Below, in pieces: positions 37,703 through 51,164 of a stretch of DNA of 64,000 nt; position 1 is the stretch's first letter; every line of letters starts with the position of its first letter. Both the position numbers and the translations under genes were made by a program. Location: NCBI GenBank assembly GCA_047495785.1, contig JBLDXI010000046.1, forward strand, positions 1,612,001 to 1,676,000, in the 5' to 3' direction. The notes under the pieces were generated by a model. That model searched no databases, was not told where the DNA came from, and was given only the letters and a program-made list of their open reading frames with translations. The stretch comes from Lepidodermella squamata (lineage: Eukaryota > Animalia > Gastrotricha).

Positions 37703-40079
37703 ATATGGTGCTGAGTGAACAATTATCCCATCAATCTTATGCTGTTATTTTTCTGCTGAATTTTTGTGCATCTTGTACGTAATCCACGGGCATCGAAACT
37801 GGTTCCTGCAATCACTAGCGATACCTTTCCTCCATTACATCAAACATTGGGCCCGTGTTTTGTCATCTTGCCCGACCTTGGTTGGCAAGATATAATTACA
37901 ATTTACCTAATTTTATCGTCATAATATGCGATATCTCTGTTGTTTTCATTAATGTTTGACCTTGTTACTGTCGATTTGAATCGATTCGCCTGTCTTTTAC
38001 CAATGCTGATTTCTTAATAATCGTTGTTACTGAAGATGATTTTATCTCGAATTTCATACTCTTTGCATCTCGCTCACTGCTTGATTTCGGTTCTTATTTG
38101 TCTCCTCGTCTAGCTGGCGATCTGACAGGCTTGATTGAATCATGACTCCATAGCCAATGAATCTCTTGTTCTTATGCCATAGCATATTTTAACTAAAATC
38201 GCATGCGCATGTTCGTCAACTTCAGCTTCTTATTAGATGACAGATTTCAATAGTTACAAGTTTATTCGTATGGAATGTTTACTACGCAAGGATAAACTTG
38301 CAGGAACCATTCCACCGTCTAGAGCATGCCGGAATTTACTGACTGGCAGATTGCTGAACTCTTTCGGTAATCGAAAAGTTTACCTGTGCGTTTTGAGACA
38401 ATGCCGGAAACTAAAGAATGCGCTGTTTACTCCAGATGTTACTTCACTACACTATCGTTGTCAAGGGAAGGAGGCGAAACTGGATTAATAAACAATGGTT
38501 TCTAATCCGTGTCCAAGCACACAGCAGCGAGAAAAAGACATCGAAAAGTGTGTTTTACGAAAGTGCAAAAAATTGAAATTGAAAAAATCGCTCTGCATCT
38601 TTGCATGCAAAAGTATCGTAGGGGATAACTCATCACCTGGGCCTCCGATTTTCAATCTACAAATATATTCTTACTCGCCTGAACGAGTAGACCACGATAG
38701 GCTATTTATTTTTGAAAATTACCCCAAAACATTATTTTAAAAATTTTTCAAAAATTCCGTAATATTTTGAAATATATTTGGCTATGGAAAACGTTCGTTT
38801 TTCATTTCATTTTATGGCTAAATATATGAAAATATCAAATGCTCCGACCTCTCGCTACAGTGCACGGGTTAATTTCGAGTTAATTTGAATGAAAAAAGTA
38901 AGCTCGTCATTAGAAGAAAAATGTAATATTAAATATATCGTACTGCCCGAAAAGTTTGTCAGTCTCGTAGCTATAAAAGTCGGCCTCAAATATAGGACGG
39001 CGCCCGAAGGCCATTTGTCTCAAGGGCGGTCTCAAATATAAGACAGGGTTTCAGGGTTTAATTGGGTTGGAAAAAATTAAGGACAGGCGCAACAAATCTG
39101 GCAGTATATTAACGATGATTATTTTAACGATGAATTTTTAACGAATTTTGAATTCGGAATGTAAAGAGCGTTAATTTGTTGGTTCTTGAGTTTCCCAATA
39201 ATGAGAAAAAGCTGCGAAAGGAGTAACGCCGAGTGAAACGTGTTTTGTGAATCATGAAAAAACGCTCAACTCTGTTTTTTATAGGCAAAAATACCATAAA
39301 ATTTTAAATTTCGCGCCAAAAAAACATGTGTCAAGGTCGAATTTTCAAAAAATAGCCTATCGGTTAGAGAAATACGTGTTTAGCTGAACTGGAAATTATC
39401 AAGTCGTGGAAATTCGTATTTCGATAGTTATCCCCTAAAAATCGATCCAAAAAATCGATGAAATTTCGGCACACACTTTTGAGGTCTTTTTCAAAAAAAT
39501 TCTGAACGCCAGATGGTGCAAAAATAATCCAGTTTCGCCTCCTTCCCTTGATCGTTGTATCTGATATATTCCTAATAAAATTGGCCACACTATGACTAAC
39601 ACTTTTTCGCAGTGACAATGTTTTCGAGGGTGAAGGCCCCCTCCATTTTTATTACACGGGCTGCTATAGTAAAACAAAATCGTTCATTTTTAACACAGCA
39701 GGGATAACCCGAAGAAATGGAACGCAGCCTTCGTTTCGTCAAATTCAGCTTGCAAGGATTCTACGCCATTCGGTCCCTGCTGATCCTTGTAATCCCAGCT
39801 GTATAACGATATGGCTGAAAGCATTACTTGACCTCGTTGCCACCGGGGTTTCGGTACATCCGCAATGATACTTCCGCACAAGCTAACCGCACAGACTTCA
39901 TCGTCGTTGGCGGACGTAAGCGCTCGCGAAGTGGTAGCACATGTCTGCAGGCATTCTCGGCGTAGCGGACTTGAACTTGGGCGAAAAACTCCGAAACTGG
40001 GCAGGCGACAGCGCCGCTCGAGATCGGTGATGCGAACGCGGTCAGCCAGGCGAACGTTGAGCATCGCACGCAGGCACTT

Positions 40080-43000
40080 CGTCGATGTCGGTTTGAAAGG
40101 GGCCGCAACATTTTTAATTGGCCTGCTTACGTGGATATACATTCAATTTATTGATGAAATTTATATCACTCTGTTTGTCTAACAGAGGTCCATCTATTGG
40201 TGCCGATGGTGATTCCGTTGTCACCTTTGGCTTTTGTTCAAACCGAAATTGGTCGTAATAACAGTTTATTGTTATTATGGCGACTCTATCACATAGTTGC
40301 TATTATTATGTTTCGCGCGATGACGCTCCCTCGGGATTCAGCGTGATTTTGCATTAAAAAACAGCCAGTTTTAAAAAGCGGAAGGGAGAAAAAGGCCTGT
40401 TACAGCGTCGTAATGCGAAGTCAGTGAAGGGCCATTTCTTCGATATTAACCTTGTTAACAGAGTAAGATTTCTTTTACGAAATGCCGAAACTTCATCAAG
40501 ACAAAAGGGTATCCTAGATTGAAACTCTTGTGAATTTGCTCGTACGGCAGGGGATAGCTCACACCTCAAACCTCACCCACGAAAAATATAATTCCTCTTA
40601 ACAATTTTCTAAAATTTAATAAGCTCCATTGTTGGAAGCTCAAGAAACTCGAAAATAATTCATTATCAATAGAGCTACAACTAAAAATACCACCAACTTT
40701 AGCCAATACCAAAAAATACTACCAAAAAACATTTCAGCATCACTACGTAGTCATCACTACGAAATTTTTGCCGCTGCAATCGACGCAATTCTGACATGTC
40801 TGATTATAATGAACTTCTCTAAATAAGCATTCCGTAATACACGATGATTCAGGCATCTATTTTATTGGTGTTTTTTAATTTGCTTCAGCCCTCATTTCGG
40901 ATGAAGATGGATGGCATGCTTTCTTGGCCCCAACTGTTCTGTGGTGAACAGTTTGGCGACGACCCTAAGAAGTCCGCTGAGGCATGCGTTAGCTATCTAT
41001 CATCTAAGAGGCTGACTGAAACATACAGCCCGGACTACATTTTATTGCGCTAATAAACGCATCGCACTGAGGATGAATCCGGCCCCAGGTGATCTGTAAA
41101 GAGAACTTTGGCGACGACCCTAAAAAGTCCGCCGGCCTCAGTAAGAAGTAAGATGCACATTGGACGTCCAGAAATATATATCGCTTACTAGAAAAGTTCA
41201 CTTTTTCATTGACTAATCAGGTGCTAATATTGCAGCGCAGATTTCTTAATTCTTCCGGAAATTTAGTTCTTCTTCCAAACGTTATATGGGATGATATTCG
41301 TTGTGGCTCTGTTTCAAGCCTGTACCAAATACATGTGGAAACTAAATACCTGAAGGGATGTACATAAACAGCTGCCGCTTGTATTGAGCATATTATGGTG
41401 CTTGGCTTAGAGGGGTTGTGATCGAGTGATACTCAGGTAAAAATTGCGCCGTAAATTTATAATATTGTTATTCATTTCAACATGTTTTCGATCGCTATTT
41501 AAGTTATATTAACCTATTTTGTTTTTTGTTGCATTTGGACCAAAGAAGCTTCAGAGCTACTACTTCAAAATCAATAAATTTGTCTGTAAAAGTTTGCAGT
41601 TGGTATTTTCATCAGGTTCTTCCGCTAATGCATCTGGCGGTGGAAAACCTAAACCCTTGAATCTGACTCGCTAATTACTCAATGCCTAAAAGGAGGACGT
41701 GAAGTATGTAAAACTTATTCATTTGGTCATTTATTCTAACCCTTTCTATGGCTAGATAGTTAAGCGCCGATCACAACCCCGTAAACAAGAATAGTATGTT
41801 TATTTGGATAACTAAGTGACAAGATTTCGCGTTATTAAAGAATTCCCATGGGATTGCTACACGCCAGTGGACTGATAACTGATAACATAATAAACCATAT
41901 TCCCCTGAGAACGGAAAAAAAGCCAATAATATGAGACAAAAACCAGAAACACAATTTAAAATAAAGAAAGCCGGATATTGATCCACGCCAGACCTCCTTC
42001 TTTGGTAACTTGTCGAAAATAATAGCAGTTGCACCGTACTGCCAACACGGTGAACTACGGGGCTACCACGGTGCCGGTACGGCTTATCCAACTGCCTCAG
42101 ATACGTAGGAAATATATGAAAGTATGTCAAATCAGAAAAAATGTATTCACATACTACCATTAGTCCTATCACGGGTTCCGGAGACTCCCTTCCCCAGCTC
42201 AGGATTTCAACGAGTTCCCAGGGATCCCAGCTGACATTTGCATTTGCATTTGCTGGAACCCGCCCGCCTTTCACTGCCTGGTCACCCTGGGTTCCTAAAG
42301 TTCCTGTTTTTAGAGTTTGCCTTTCAGCCCTATTTCACGAGTTCCGGAAACTCCCTTCGGAGACGTATTCCTATACGAGTCGTCTTTGTAAATATTTCGC
42401 CGCAATCAGTATTTACCGCACCTCGGGAGTATAGGCACCTCGTATTACTCAGGAGTAGCCGATTCCGTAATCCGTAACATAAGTTTGAACATTTGACGCA
42501 AATCAGCTTTTCTCTGAAACCATGGGGATCTACCACTTGGGAATTTTACTGAATATAGATATCGTTGTGGTCTAACATTTTGCCAAGTTTCATCAACACA
42601 AACCCCACGGTCTCTGCCTTTAAAATCGGTGGATTTTTATTTCACGAAATCTTGGTGTTCAAAGTTTTACTTTTGGGGTTCCCCTTGCCAAATCCTTACG
42701 CGTGCGAATTTCCGAGAATAAAAAAATATCAGGATGTTACGGTGGGCGGCTCCAGTCGAACTACGTTGAAAACCAGACCAAAATCGCATCTAATTTACTA
42801 CCTAAATCGAATTTATTGGCTATTGGCACATACATTATGTGCCCCTTAATGGCTATTGGCACATAACATTTTTCATTCACCTGTTTTTTTCGGGAGTTTA
42901 ATTCCCAGATACCAGCATTTCAACGTTGCATTAGCAATCTAAGGGCGGCGAATTCACTGGAATCGTCGGATTTCACGTAACTGTGCGATAGACTTCAGAT

Positions 43001-44553
43001 ACTCTACTTGGGCTACCCATTAGATGACGGATACCCCGATTTGCGGGCCCATGACTGCAATTTCGATATCGCCATTCGATTCCCCGTTGACGAAAACCCT
43101 AATATCAATACTCGTTGAACATTTCGATGCGTGACTTTCTAAAACATCGAAAATTGAAATTAGCGTTATGTGCCATTGCCATTAAGAGGCACATAATGTA
43201 TGTGCCAATAGCCAATAAGAGGCACATAATTATGTGCCAATAGCAACACCCTATAAAAAATAACATATAAAAATTCTTACTAGGTTGCGGTTTTTCAATT
43301 TTTATCGTTTTCAGTGTGGTAAAAGATGCTCAGAATGTGAAATTCGGCCTCCAAGCTATCAATATTGCCCTATTTACATATATTTTTCCTATAATTTCCA
43401 ATAAAAATTACCTTTCCATGAACTGGGCTCATGAGCGCATTTTTGTGGGTTTTTAGTGAGCTTTAGCTATCGCTATTTCCGTAGATTTTTGCTAGAGGGG
43501 TGACCAAAAATCAACCGAATCTCCGAAAGGTGACCTCAGCTGACTCGGCGACTCTCAGTTCGAGAATCCCTGTGCTACGTTAGAAAACATGGAATCGCTG
43601 TACTTTCGAGTTTCGAGTACGTCTTGGACGAACCATACACAGTCATTACGGAAGCCACTCCTGTACTCAGCATGTATGTTGCATTCGACTGTACAATGAG
43701 TACAGTTCAATGAGCTGTACCCAAAGCTACAGGAGGAAAACACCGTACATCTCATAATATACAGCCCGATCAACTGTACTCACTCTACAGTCGAGTGAGC
43801 CGTACTGATATTTACGGCCAGCAAAACTGTACCAGAATGTACAGTATCAAAATACTGTTGATACTGTGCACACTCCTTTCAAACCGACATCGACGAAACG
43901 ATCAAACTTAGTAAAAGAAATAGATTATCAAAATTGAACGACAACAAATATTTTTGGTGCAAAGGAAACATAATCGATGCTTATCAGACGGAATTTTTTT
44001 TAGGAGAGTAGATTTTCCTTGTTGCGGAGCCTAATTATAGATCTTGGTACCATGTCGTTGCATGGCGGCGTCTAAAACCTCGGATTTACTTTTGTTAACG
44101 TCAGTTTGAAGGTGAGAGGTGAATTGAAGAGTCTTCTGTCTTTGCCACTTTATTCACCGCCGCTTTTTACTTATCAGCTATCACCTTGAAATGGATGTAA
44201 ACAAGCCTATCACCCTAATCATAAATGTTATCTGTAATTGGCCTTCGTCTTCCCCGCGCTAAGGCTGGCTGTTTCTGAATGCGAAATCACGCTGACTCCC
44301 GAGGGACCGTCGTTGCGCAGCACATAATAATAACAAGTATGCGATGAAGTCGCCATAATAACAATAAACTGTTATTACGACAAATTGCGGCTTTAACTAG
44401 AGCCAAAGGTGATAACAAAATCACCATCGGCATCAATAGATGGACCTCAGTTAGACAAAAATGGTGATATAAATTTTATAAATAAATTAAATGTATAACT
44501 ACGAAATCGGGCTAATAAAAAAATTTGCGGCCCCTTTCAAACCGACATCGACG
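40080..44553. mobile_element. 4.47-kb DNA transposon relic with ~290-bp diverged TIRs and 4-bp TSD (Sola-like candidate)
   Basis: Termini CGTCGATGTCGGTTTGAAAGGGGCCGCAA / TTGCGGCCCCTTTCAAACCGACATCGACG; TSD ACTT at 40076-40079 and 44554-44557; removing it restores the LINE reading frame. Confidence 0.85.
42815..43252. mobile_element. Nested MITE with repeated GCTATTGGCACATA...TATGTGCC inverted arrays
   Basis: Arrays at ~42815-42868 and ~43165-43245 are reverse complements of each other. Confidence 0.6.
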
Positions 44554-45039
44554 ACTTATTCTGGAGGACGTCGAGGCAGCGTAACTGTTGCTTTGCAGCT
44601 GGCGAAAAGACGACGCAGCCGAAAGAGGCGATCGAGCGGACGAGAGCGAGGTAGCTGGCACGACGCCAGCGGAAAGAGAGCCCAGGGCGCCGAACGATGG
44701 TATGATACCCATTTCTTAACTTTTTTATAACAATGTGGCTCAGCGACGACAGCGGAACAACAATCAATTGGAATTATTTTGAAATAAATGCGCAAGTGAT
44801 AAATGCGTCTCGGTTCAGTTCTTTAATGGCCCGTCGACTCCTCCGCCGTCCTTGCCTGCCTGTCTTCATAGCCTGTCTGGCTCAAGTTCTTTGCCTCGCC
44901 TTCCTTGACTGCCGCCTATCCGATAAGGAGTCAGTCGCCAATCTGGCTTCAGCGTAATAAACGTCGTCGTCAAGGAAAACTCACAGGTATAGAAACAAAG
45001 ATGATTTCTAAATTCAGCTTTTCGAAAAGGTATTATAGT

Positions 45040-45216
45040 CAGTGTTTTTTTTAAGGTGTGTAAGTGTGTAAATTTTACACACCAAAGCGGGCAAATTTAC
45101 ACACCAAAATTTTGAAAATTTCCAATTTTTGCATTTACTCACCCCCAAAATGGCTAAAAATTACACACCAATAGTACCTAACTTACACACCAAAGCCGTC
45201 CTTAAAAAAAACACTG
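45040..45216. mobile_element. hAT-like MITE (177 bp)
   Basis: TIR CAGTGTTTTTTTTAAGG / CCTTAAAAAAAACACTG; flanking duplication TTATAGT (7 bp); internal TTACACACC repeats. Confidence 0.75.
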
Positions 45217-45857
45217 TTATAGTGTACCTGGGGATTCGGTACGAAATAAGGGCACCGGTTCCCAGATTTCCGGCCGAGAGTCTAATAGGGACTAAACAAT
45301 TAGCCATTATTCAAGGTAAAATCGTCCGGCTTGCGGATACAAGCATTAAATAACCTAAGAACTCATCTCGAATTTTGTGTTTGCGAATTATTTTCTAAAA
45401 ATTCACCTGGCTGGTTGAAGTTGGAAAAAGCCAAAGAGTGGCCGAAATAAGGGCGAGGTGTTCTATTCACCGCCTAAATGTTGATAATATAATTCGAGTA
45501 AGTTCCTCAGCTGCTTGTCGAAAAATACAGCAATTTGAATATATATAGTCGTGGGTGGAAAAATTGAATATATTCTTGAAATTCTTGAATATATTCGTCT
45601 AGCCCACCATAAAAATAATTTTGCTGATCAGCTACATTTCAACCGTTTATCGCACGAAAACGCGGGATGTCTGAAACAAAAACAGCCGGCGAAATTCTTC
45701 CTGCGAACTGCGTTTGAACGGCGGTCACCTGGCGGGAAAATGCCACGAACTGATGAAGAATAGCGAAACAAGTCTAGGACATGTTTATTCCACTGGCTAC
45801 GCATAGCAACAATATCACGGATTTCGCAAGAAAGTCGTGTTCTATTTCGCAACGAGT

Positions 45858-46975
45858 CTACTGCAAATCGGAGCCGCCGTTTGAAATGGATGAGATGTTT
45901 CTAAATGGAGAATGTTTGCGAATTAAAGATGATCCCATAGTTGCTCCCAAAGTTACTCCAACATATGCTCCCAACGATGCTATAATAGGTAAAGACACGA
46001 ATGACATAAAGGGGCACTTCCTTGCGACACGCCCAACAATGCTCTTTACCTTTTCCTTGTCTTGCTCCGAAAGATCGCGCAGGTGTGCCATTGCTTGCGC
46101 GGTATTTCCTTTTGCTGTCGGAAAGAATCGTTCAATACCTTGAAGGCCAAAACGGCAAAACTGGCGGCAGTTGTTTGACAGCAATCCATATGGTTTCGGC
46201 GGAACAATATCCGGATTTTCAAACAACGTTTTAAATCAGGACGGAAAAGTCATGTCAGCAATTTTCAATGCGGGGACAAGATTGCTGTAGTAACTTACAT
46301 CCATCATCCCGCTCGACAGATAGTGGAAAACATGCGAGGCGCCTTTACCATTGATTGTCGTGATTTCGTAGATGTAGTAGTGATTCTCCGGTTCGTCGTC
46401 GAAGCTGCTGCAGTGTAGCAATACCGTCAGATGGGGTGACTTTAGCTGGTGGAGCGACTTTGACGTGCCAAAATGGGGTGACTTCAGCATTCCAAAAATC
46501 GAAGATGGTAAGGTAAATATCCCATGAGTGGGGTACCGTTGGATAGCCCAAAGAAAGGCCAACCTGGCTGTGTACAATGGAAATCAATAAAACCCACCTA
46601 GGAACATATAATAGCAGGTGAAGTTTTGAAAAAATTCCAAAAATTCATATTTTTATTGAAACTTTGGTGATTGCTCGCTTGAAGCCGTCTGATCAAAATG
46701 AAAATCGTATGCCATTTTCAGACTGCATTTCCTCAAGACTATCCAACGGTACCCCACTCATGGGATATTTACCTTACCATCTTCGATTTTTGGAATGCTA
46801 AAGTCACCCCATTTTGGCACGCCAAAGTCGCCCCACCAGCTAAAGTCACCCCATCTGACGGTATTGCTGTATGGCTGGCCGCGCTTTCCTGAGAGCAGGT
46901 TTCAGCAACGCTAACAACGATGTCAAATATCTTATTAGGGCTATGGGGTAGCCTGTCGAGACGGTAATAGTCCAT
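45858..46975 (-). pseudogene. Intronless LRAT/PLAAT- or PPPDE-like (permuted NlpC/P60) gene, disrupted by a MITE and an in-frame TGA
   Basis: Removing the MITE joins MDYYRLD...AASHTAI|LLHCSSFDDEPENHYYIYEIT. In-frame TGA at 46238-46236, then FKTLFENPDIVPPKPYGLLSNNCRQF (Y-x-L-L-x-x-N-C-x-x-F catalytic Cys motif) and a C-terminal hydrophobic segment. Confidence 0.65.
46424..46861. mobile_element. pogo/Tc1-type MITE (438 bp) with ~125-bp TIRs
   Basis: TA|CCGTCAGATGGGGTGACTTTAGCTGG...CCAGCTAAAGTCACCCCATCTGACGG|TA. Confidence 0.9.
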
Positions 46976-49900
46976 TTCTCGTGTATCGAATCGGTTGCAA
47001 TGAAGCGAGTAGAATGACGAGATTTATTCACCGATCCGCAGTGCTTATATCTATTAACTTTTTACGCGCTTTTTTAATATCAAATTTAAGCTGCAAATAA
47101 AACGCTCGTACTCACGATTTATCGATGTTTCATTCAACCCCTTTCAGGGCCAAGTTCGCTTGTCAGCCAATGCTTAAAAATCGAATTATTACTTTCAGGC
47201 AAATGAAGGAAATACTTCAAGTCGGAGAATCGAATAATTGAACAATAGGATGCCAGGTGGCTGTCATTTTTTTCAGATTTGATTTGCAGTTTAAATCGCG
47301 TATCTCTTTCAATCAATCAAAGGAAAAATTCCCGATCTGAAAAAATACACGTTCAGAAAATAAAATGAGCGGCGAAGAGACATCTCATATGGCCGGAAAT
47401 TTTTTTAGAAAAATTCAAAATGCCGCGAGAATAGTGATAAGGTAAGAAACTCGTCATTGGGATTAAAAGAGTCTGGAGAAGTTTGGTTCAACTGGGAAAA
47501 ATACCGAAATATTACCGAGCCTTTTTGAACACACCAGTGAGCGGTGTATACGCATGGCCGCTTGTGGGCGTGTTCAAAAAGTCTCAGCGCCGCATTCTTA
47601 ATTATACCAGCATTACTCATTGCGCAATAGCGTTTCAACGAAACTTTACCTTTTATTCGTTTTCATCGCAGTCTAAACGGAAAGCTTAGTAACCTCGGGG
47701 AACATTGCAATAAATTGTGGGGAAATTGTTAGGAATTCGCGTCCAACAGTCTCTCTTCAGTTTTGATTTTTTGGGTACATTTTTTATCATAATTTCCGTC
47801 CAAAAGGCAAATCAAAGCGATCTATATCGAGGGAGAGGTAGTAGCGAGTGATTTTCAACCCGTTTTTTTTCGTTTTGCGTCGATAGAGAACAATCTAGAA
47901 TCTATACCTCCACAGTGTCGCCGCGGTTTTATCGGTATAAATGATACATGCTGGTAAAGTTTGCAATCGATCACTCCTCGATCGGAATGAATTTTAAATA
48001 AAAAGCTCTAGCTATCATCCGATAAAAATCAAGGTATTTTTCCAAAATTGCCGGGAAGGCTTCGAAAAATCAGCAGTTGTAAAATTGATAATGGGTCCTC
48101 CTGTTAGCGGAACTAAATTTTAGACTTTTCTAGTGGCCTGAAATCGCTTTTCGGATATTTATTGCAGGTAAAGATTGGCCACGATAATTCTAGAAAATTC
48201 ACCAGTGAATTCAGCGCAACATTCTCTTTCAGACGGAGTGTTCAATTTAGAATCCATGCTTAGCCTAAAATTCGTATAAATATTCAAAAATGACTCTTGG
48301 CATATTTCGACTTTTGCTCCGCAAAAAGCAAATTTGGTTCCGCTACAGCATATTTGGTTCCGCTGCAGCAAATTAGGTTCCGCTAAAAGATATTCCGATT
48401 TGTTGAAACAAATAGAGAAAAATCGCACAAAATTCTAAGTGGTCCAATGGGTCGAAAACTGAAAAAAATTAAAAACTTGCCTGAGATTTTTTCGGAGCCT
48501 TGCTTTCCTGAAAAAGGTGAAAAGAAGAATTGATACAATTACCTTTCATAAGCCGGCATTTCGCGAGCTATTTTGTTTGCATTGATTAACTTGAAAAATT
48601 TATATATTCAAAATTGAAAATTGAATAATTTTTAATAGCCGTGAAGTAGCTCTTTGACTCAAAATGTGCCGTAGAGGTGTTCCAAGGTGTTCTAAGGTGT
48701 TCCGCAAGGTTTCCGAATAATTTTCTCACTTCGCCAACGCTTTAACGATTTGCCGTCCAAAAATTGATAAAAATACAATTCAAATCGAACCATTGTGACT
48801 ATAATCAGTTTGACCAATTGATTTCGGTTTGACCAGGATCGGTCACCCCCTAATGCTATGCTCAAAATTGGTTAAAACAGTACAATAGCAGTAATCAAGT
48901 TGCCTTAACCTTTCCGTCTGTCTTTTTTAGTGCCGTTTTTGTATTACATCTTTGCCATAATCATAACCATCGTAGCCGCACAGAATATTATATTATTACC
49001 CGTCGGTGATTAATTGTTAATATACCTTGTGAAACGTTAAAAACTAAAATTACCCTTGCGCCGACATGAACATGCAACTCGAACGGTTGTATTGAATAAT
49101 ACATGAAAATTGAGTGATTCCTACAGAGATCCTGTTTGACAAATCGGAGGTGTGATTTGAAGAAGCAATTGCTTGGCAACAACATTTGTTGGATTATTGA
49201 CTATGGCGGCTTGTCCCTAGAAAATTTCGATAAACATGGGCAAATTATATAGAGACAAATTTTGCGCATCTTCAAGTTTCTTTTTTTGTTATATTAAAAA
49301 GATTTTTCTTAATTTAAAAATCTTACTGTCAGGATATTTTCAATCGGCGAAAATAACGTTTACAATTAAAATGTTCGCAAAAATGGAGACAACACTTGGT
49401 GTTTTCTTCGCATTAGCTTTCGCGACGGGGCTTGGCTCAGCGCAATGTGGGTATTTTGTCATTCCATAATTTCTTCATATTGTGACGTAGATAAGACGCC
49501 GCACTACAGCGTGTCCCAAAAATTTCGCAACTATTTTTTAATTTGGCAAATTTTGTGAGAAATTTGAACTATTGGATTTGATTTGATTAATTTAACAGGG
49601 AAATTTGGAGATTATTTGAATTAAAATGATTGACTAAAGGATAAATTCAAATTGTTAAAAATATCAAGTCAAAGCTGTAATCAAAATAATTCGGAACGAA
49701 TTATTCCCATGTAAAAATTGAGAATTGCCCGCTTCCATAAGGCCAGAATCTATCCAGAATATTCAGAGTATGCCATTTTTCATAACAGCAAGGTTAGAAA
49801 TGTCTTATCGCACATTGAATTCATGTTTTGTACAATTTTACGCAGCTTGCAGTCCTTCGTGCCTGAACGGCGGTACCTGTGTGGCTGGAGCTTGCCAGTG

Positions 49901-51164
49901 CCTTGTTGGTTGGACGGCCTCCGACTGCAGTTTGCGTAAGATAATTCCATTTATTTATATCCAAAATATCGCTTGTTTATATTTCTATCGCATCAGTGTG
50001 CGAAGTGCGGGGGGAGAGGGGGGTTACCGTACTTCGAGACGTCAAGGCAAAATAAACCGAAAAAACACAGGGGACCCATTGGTCTGATTGGTCTTGACCG
50101 AAAATGCCCAAACGTAGTAATGCCCAATACTCTATTTACTGGTGAGAGCTCGACTTCATTCCACGAGAAGTTGCCATGAAGCTTTTAAACCTGGGTGAAC
50201 TTGTTTGAAGTTTGCTGAAGGCTTCGCTCAAACTCGTGGGTCTGAACATTTGAGTTTCTAGTCCATCTCTATTAGTCCCAAGGCTCAAATTCCGACTAAC
50301 TTCTTTTGTAACTGCATCATTTTTGTCTATCGAACAGCCGTTTGCCAGCCAAATTGTTCGCCGAGAACTGGAATATGCCCCGGCCCTGGTCAGCGCTGCA
50401 CCTGCCTCGCAAGATTCACAGGCCAGAATTGCTCTCAGAGTATTGCTGATGTTCTGATTTATCCTCAACTCTCTATTTATTAAGGTTTTTTACAGCCATC
50501 GGCAAGCCCCTAAGTGATCCGAATTCGTATCTACCCGAGTATTCGTATAGTAATGACGACGCTATAAGTTGGTTCATTTTCATTTCATCAGCTTAGATAT
50601 TATGTAGGATGTTTTTTTTCAGGTTCTCATTGGTGGACGAGGCAGAATCATAGCTCGAAGTATAATGCAATCCGATTATTGGTTGATGGTGGCCCTACAC
50701 AGGGTTGTATGATCACCAAGAAAGTAACAGTTGTTGTTTCTTCCTGATTTCTCAGTCAGCATTTCTTACATAGCTGTGGAACCTGACAGACTTCACGATC
50801 AATATCACCGCTGAAACTAGCGGGATGGATACCGCTGGGCAGCTGTCGCTTTTTATAACGCCCAACAGCTCATACACCTACTCGACAACCGGAGGAATAG
50901 GCGCGTTCACGGGCGGCACTTTCACCGGTGTCATATTCCGCTATTTACAAATCAACAAAACAGCCGTGTTTGCTTCATCGCCTACTGCTACCACATTCCC
51001 CAACTCGCCTAAATTAATGGTGATTGATACTAACAATGTCTACTACAAAGGGCGATTTCACCTGGGCTTAGTTGTCCGCTTTGGCGGGCAGGTCTCCGTC
51101 GACCACTGCAATACAACAGTCTGTGAGCTATTGATCGACGGCGTTGCTTTGCCTAATTTCTTAA

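Larger units (their letters stand above)
39860..44710 (-). pseudogene. Non-LTR retrotransposon (LINE) RT C-terminal relic, split into 44554-44710 and ~39860-40079 by a TIR element
   Basis: Joining across the insertion restores WRRASYLALVRSIASFGCVVFSPAAKQQLRCLDVLQNK|CLRAMLNVRLADRVRITDLERRCRLPS, matching the typical LINE post-RT motif Y..lVRs...yG....L...Q..cLR......dR. Confidence 0.75.

Noticed and set aside
41771-42536. 167-aa and neighbouring ORFs as the transposase of the 4.47-kb element
   Set aside because: No DDE/DDD or other recognisable motif; non-ATG starts.
46345-46892. Two near-identical ORFs (YPTVPHSWDIYLTIFDFW) on opposite strands
   Set aside because: They are translations of the MITE's inverted repeats.
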